The notes beneath the pieces were generated by a model, which worked only from the letters and a program-made list of their open reading frames with translations, ran no database searches and was not told the DNA's origin. A DNA stretch of 64,000 nucleotides from NCBI GenBank assembly GCA_965204725.1, contig OZ242005.1:2496001-2560000 (forward strand), in the 5' to 3' direction. A program made the position numbers and the translations under genes. Origin of the DNA: Candidatus Latescibacterota bacterium (lineage in GTDB: Bacteria; Latescibacterota; UBA2968; UBA8231). Below, one piece after another: positions 59,915 through 64,000 of the stretch; the first letter of the stretch is position 1; each line of letters starts with the position of its first letter.

Positions 59915-60265
59915 GCTATCAGGGTCTTTCTACCGCTTGCGCGGACGGCTTGGTTGGTGTGTTGCTACATAGGTTGGGATGCAGGACCGCTTAGGAGGCG
60001 ACCTGGGGCGCGTGGGGGCGAGCGGGAGTTATCCACACGCTTCGAGTGACGGGGGGCGGGGGGGATCGGAAAGTGAATCGGCCTTGTGGGTGGAGATCGG
60101 ATGGCGGCGTTGGGTGTTTTTCGCGCAGGACTTCGGGTCAGGGTCGGGCGGGTTTGAATTTTTGAAAAAGTTATTTTTGGGGAAATTGTGTTTTTTGTGC
60201 GAATTGTGTCTTTTGTGCATTTTCGGCAGTCATTCATTGATCACTTCATACAGGGAGATTTAGTA

Positions 60266-61999
60266 ATGCGCTTTTTGCTGATGGTGTTGGTTGGCTTCGT
60301 GCTCAGTTGTGGCGATGGGGATCGGTCTGTTCAGGGACCGTCTGGTAAGGTGTCGGCGGATTGTTCGTTGGTGGAGATTTTTTCTGGTAAAGAGGGGTGT
60401 CAAGCGGATCCTTCATTAGATGAGGTGCCGGAGGGGTATGTGGCTCCAGTGGACAGCACGGAGACCGCGGATGCGGACAGTACGGCGGCTGGGTCTGAGA
60501 CTGAGACCGCGCCTTCGGACAGCACGGGTACTGAGACGGGTACTGCGCCTTCGGATACGACTGGGACTGAGACAGCACCCGCGGACAGCACTGAGCCTGC
60601 GGCTGAGACGCCTTCGGATACGTCTGGTTCTGATCCTGTGGTTCCTGAGCCTGTGATTATTCATGTGCCTGTGGAGGAGGAGCCTGATCCCGAAACGGCG
60701 CGGTCTGAGGCGGAGCCTGAGGACGAATCGTTGACGGCTGAACAAGCGCGGGCGCAGTTGGATAGTCTGGGTATTGCTTATACGGGCGCGGCGTTTCGTT
60801 TGGCGGCTCAGTCTGGCAACCTAGAGGTTGTTCAACTGTTCGTACAGGCGGGTATGTCTCTTGAGGAGGTGGATGACTACGACTGGACGGCGTTGTCCGA
60901 GGCGGCGTATGCAGGTCGCTTGGAGACCGTCAAGTATCTCGTGGGTCAAGGGGCGAATATCGAGGCCCGTGACGAGGACGGCTGGACGGTGTTGATGAAT
61001 GCGGCAGGCATAACGAACAACTTGTCGGTGGTTCGTTTTCTCGTGGAGTCTGGCGCGGATGTGCTCGCGGTTGGCGATGACCAACGGACGACCGCTTGGT
61101 CTGTGGCAATGACGGTGGGTAATACGGCGATTGCGGACTACTTGAAATCGCTGACCAACGCGGGAGATTCGGTTCCTCTATCGCGGGAAGAGGCCCGTGC
61201 GGAGTTGAGGCGGCTGGGTATTGATTATTCGGAAAATACGTTTTTTAGAGCGGCTGCGGGTGACGTATTAAACGCTTATGGTCAAGGTGTTAGTGGGGCT
61301 TATGGTTACGTTGGTGGGGCGAGCAATTTAGATGTTGTCAAATTGTTCGTGTGGGCCGGTTGGTCGGCAGATTATAGGGGCAGCAACTACGGCGAGACGG
61401 CGTTGCACAACGCGGCGGCGGGTGGTCATTTGGCGGCGGTTCGTTATCTCGTTGAGCAGGGGGCGGACCTTGAGGCTACGCGCTACGATGACTATACGGC
61501 GTTGCACAACGCGGCGGCGGGTGGTCATTTGGCGGTGGTTCGTTATCTCGTTGAGCAGGGGGCGGACCTTGAGGCTAAGAGCCGTTATGACTTTACGGCG
61601 TTGCTCTCTGCGGCGTATAGGGGTCATTGGGAGGTTGTAAAATTCTTAGTGGGTGCGGGTGCGGACCTTGAGGCTGCGTACTCCAGAGATTTGAGAAGCC
61701 GCAATGGTTTTACGGCGTTGCTCTTTGCGGTGGTGGGTGGTCGCTTGGATATGGTCAAGGTGTTAGTGGGTGCGGGGGCGGACGTGAATGTTAGGGCCAG
61801 AGAGTGGCCCTACTATCCGGCGTTGCATTATGCGGCGGTGGGTGGTCGCTTGGATATGGTCAAGGTGTTAGTGGGTGCGGGGGCGGACGTGAAAGCTACG
61901 ACCCACGTTGACAATACGGCGCGGGACGTGGCGAGGTCGAGTGGTCATACGGCGGTAGTGAATTATTTTGATTCGCTGGACGAGGACGATGACGAGTAG
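60266..61999 (+). CDS. Ankyrin-repeat lipoprotein with acidic Ser/Thr stalk
   Basis: VLSC lipobox, DST-rich linker, two ankyrin stacks (TALHNAA.GGH), acidic tail. Confidence 0.85.
   Translation: MRFLLMVLVGFVLSCGDGDRSVQGPSGKVSADCSLVEIFSGKEGCQADPSLDEVPEGYVAPVDSTETADADSTAAGSETETAPSDSTGTETGTAPSDTTGTETAPADSTEPAAETPSDTSGSDPVVPEPVIIHVPVEEEPDPETARSEAEPEDESLTAEQARAQLDSLGIAYTGAAFRLAAQSGNLEVVQLFVQAGMSLEEVDDYDWTALSEAAYAGRLETVKYLVGQGANIEARDEDGWTVLMNAAGITNNLSVVRFLVESGADVLAVGDDQRTTAWSVAMTVGNTAIADYLKSLTNAGDSVPLSREEARAELRRLGIDYSENTFFRAAAGDVLNAYGQGVSGAYGYVGGASNLDVVKLFVWAGWSADYRGSNYGETALHNAAAGGHLAAVRYLVEQGADLEATRYDDYTALHNAAAGGHLAVVRYLVEQGADLEAKSRYDFTALLSAAYRGHWEVVKFLVGAGADLEAAYSRDLRSRNGFTALLFAVVGGRLDMVKVLVGAGADVNVRAREWPYYPALHYAAVGGRLDMVKVLVGAGADVKATTHVDNTARDVARSSGHTAVVNYFDSLDEDDDE
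61397..61577 (+). repeat. Recent ankyrin-unit duplication (99-bp period)
   Basis: 82-bp copies at 61397-61478 and 61496-61577 differ at one position. Confidence 0.9.
61726..61893 (+). repeat. Second ankyrin-unit duplication (105-bp period)
   Basis: 63-bp copies at 61726-61788 and 61831-61893, near-identical. Confidence 0.9.
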
Positions 62000-62031
62000 G
62001 TCTGTTTGTCTTATTCGTTGGTAGTTTCGGT

Positions 62032-62074
62032 ATAGGTCGGTGCTCGGTGGTATGGGGTGCCGACCTATTTTTTT
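62032..62074 (+). terminator. Intrinsic terminator
   Basis: ataggtcggtgc.../...gtgccgacctat stem followed by a T-tract. Confidence 0.7.
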
Positions 62075-62436
62075 GCTTGTTTTGTGCGTTTTGTGCATAT
62101 CTAGGCAAATTTTTGTATGTCGGAAATGGAAAGTTTTCCAAATCCGACACGGATTGAGGCTGTTTGAGGCTGTAAAAAACTGTTTTTTATGGTGTGGGTC
62201 GGGTGAAAACTCGGTTTTTTTTTGTACCGATTCGTTTTTGCAGTGGGACATGGTGTCAACGGTTGTGCGGGCTGGCGGGGGGGGCTTTATCGGGTGCTCG
62301 ACTAGGCGACTAGGCGAATTGTGGCTTTTGTGCGAATTGTGCGTCTTGTGCGTCTTGGGTCTGTTGCGCGGTCAGGAACGTGTTTACAATTATGGTTCGA
62401 TTGTATCTCAATAATTTTACACAAAGGAGTGTTGCG

Positions 62437-63705
62437 GTGAAATCGCTATTGGGAATTTTGGCGTGTCTGTCGGTGTTGGTGATTGGTTGCGGTGAGGATA
62501 CGAAGCGGTCGGTGGGACCGTCAGCGGCGAAGGTGGCAAGTTCGACGCCTGAAACGGTGTGGACCAGTCTGAAGGCCGATGGCAAGTACACTACCGCAGG
62601 GTCGGCACTTGCGGCGTTTATCATGGCGGCGGCGGCGGGCGATCTGGCGGCGGTCAAGTTGTTTGTACAGGCTGGGGTCGATAAAGAGGGGCAATCTATT
62701 GTCAACATAGCGGGTATTGGTCGGTCACGGACTGCGCTTCATGCGGCGGCTCGTGGCGGTCATCGCGCTGTGGTTACGTACCTTCTTGGTCAGGGTGCGA
62801 GCGTTTCGTCCACGGACGGGTATGAGGACACGCCGCTTCATTCGGCGGTTGAGGCAGGAAATTTTTTGATGGTGCGGGAGCTTGTCGGTCAAGGGGCGAG
62901 TGTCGATGCTAAGAACACAGCGAGCGAGACCCCGTTGCATGTCGCGGTGGGCTATGGGCACTTGATGATTGTGAAGTATCTGGAAGGGCAAGGTGCCGAT
63001 CTTACAATCGCCTCCAGTGACGGCTTGACGCCCTGGGAGTTGGCGAAGCTTTGGGATAGTAGTACGGCGATAGTGACGTTCTTGGATTCGACGACGGCGC
63101 GGGCGTTTGTTGATTCGGCTGGGGCGGGCAACTTAGAAGTTGTCAAGTCATTGGTAACGGCGGGTATGCCGGTTGAGACTAAGGTCGAATACTATGACGG
63201 GCGCGATAGTCCAAGCTGGACGGCACTGCTTAGGGCGGCGTGGAAGGGTCATCTGGCTGTGGTTGAGTATCTGATCGGGAAGGAGGCGGATGTGGATGAG
63301 GTGGTCGGGTTCTTCCGTGCTGACGGTTCATATATTGCTACCTCTTATGGCGAGACAGCTCTGTACTTGGCGGCGGCGGGTGGTCATACGGCGGTGGCGA
63401 AGGCGTTGTTGGCTGCGGGTGCGACGGTGGATGCTAGGACCTATTTTTCCTATACCCCTTTGCACCTAGCGGCGTGGAATGGTCATCTGGCTATCGTCCA
63501 GTATCTGATTAGTTACGGGGCGGATGTGAATACTCCGACCGGCGGCACTGGCAGGACGCCTCGTTACTTCGCGGAGGATTGCATAAGGCAGGATGCGGCT
63601 ATGCTTCCCGACAAAGCTGCCCGTTGCCGGTTGGTGGTGGCTTATTTAGACACGCTGCTGCCCGATGACGATGACGATGACGACGACGATGACGACGACG
63701 AGTAG
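62437..63705 (+). CDS. Ankyrin-repeat lipoprotein with poly-Asp tail
   Basis: AAGGAG RBS, GTG start, VIGC lipobox, TPLH/TALH ankyrin repeats, C-terminal Asp run. Confidence 0.85.
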   Translation: MKSLLGILACLSVLVIGCGEDTKRSVGPSAAKVASSTPETVWTSLKADGKYTTAGSALAAFIMAAAAGDLAAVKLFVQAGVDKEGQSIVNIAGIGRSRTALHAAARGGHRAVVTYLLGQGASVSSTDGYEDTPLHSAVEAGNFLMVRELVGQGASVDAKNTASETPLHVAVGYGHLMIVKYLEGQGADLTIASSDGLTPWELAKLWDSSTAIVTFLDSTTARAFVDSAGAGNLEVVKSLVTAGMPVETKVEYYDGRDSPSWTALLRAAWKGHLAVVEYLIGKEADVDEVVGFFRADGSYIATSYGETALYLAAAGGHTAVAKALLAAGATVDARTYFSYTPLHLAAWNGHLAIVQYLISYGADVNTPTGGTGRTPRYFAEDCIRQDAAMLPDKAARCRLVVAYLDTLLPDDDDDDDDDDDDE

Positions 63706-63739
63706 GTTAGTCTGTCTTATTCGTTGGTAGGTTAGGTTT

Positions 63740-63779
63740 AGGTCGGCACTCGATGTTTATCGGGTGTCGGCTTTTTTTT
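63740..63779 (+). terminator. Intrinsic terminator
   Basis: aggtcggcactcgat / atcgggtgtcggctt stem (with GU pairs) followed by T8; homologous to 62032-62074. Confidence 0.75.
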
Positions 63780-64000
63780 GTTTTGGCGGAAGGACATGCA
63801 GGGGACCTTGATTTTTGAGGGGCGGCGACCAAAGTCTGTTGGCCAACGGAGTTTGGTCGATGGATTGTGCTTTTTGTGCATCTGAGGGGGGATTCGGCTT
63901 GCGGCGTCATTATTGATTGATCTGCATAATTATCGGCGGTTTTTTCATCGAGGATCGCCGGTCTACCGTGGTTTGGCCCTTTTTAAGAATAATTATCAAT

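Noticed and set aside
59915-60265. ORFs in the spacers between ankyrin genes (also 62040-62414)
   Set aside because: Low-complexity G/T-biased translations without RBS or motifs; treated as non-coding.

Overview
Bacterial, high-GC chromosomal window. The combination of an FlgD/Por-like C-terminal domain protein, internalin-like LRR arrays, ankyrin lipoproteins and a urea uptake/urease operon suggests an FCB-group (Latescibacterota/Gemmatimonadota-like), probably host-associated organism; this taxonomy is inference. Core genes are fdx, a TPP E1 alpha/beta pair, rmlC, a pyrE-like gene, smc, gatC, pyrG, lpt genes, rpoN, urtABCDE and urease. They are interrupted by accessory blocks: (1) five LRR surface-protein genes with cassette-like diversification (3.4-11.7 kb); (2) a ~5 kb four-gene island (PP-loop/PAPS-reductase-like protein, SF2 helicase, MORC-type GHKL ATPase, PLD nuclease) bracketed by a duplicated rmlC 3' end, which is the best candidate for an undescribed DNA-modification/defence system; (3) a PHP-ATPase (Ppl-like) plus AlbA_2 pair after rpoN; (4) a triple-Rid/ComDE-like/LarA-like catabolic operon; (5) a G/T-skewed ankyrin lipoprotein cluster with a truncated Ser/Thr kinase. 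Two sigma54-type promoters are visible, one upstream of an ECF sigma gene and one upstream of urtA. I found no rRNA, tRNA, CRISPR array, integrase or transposase. All family assignments are from motif reading, not database searches.
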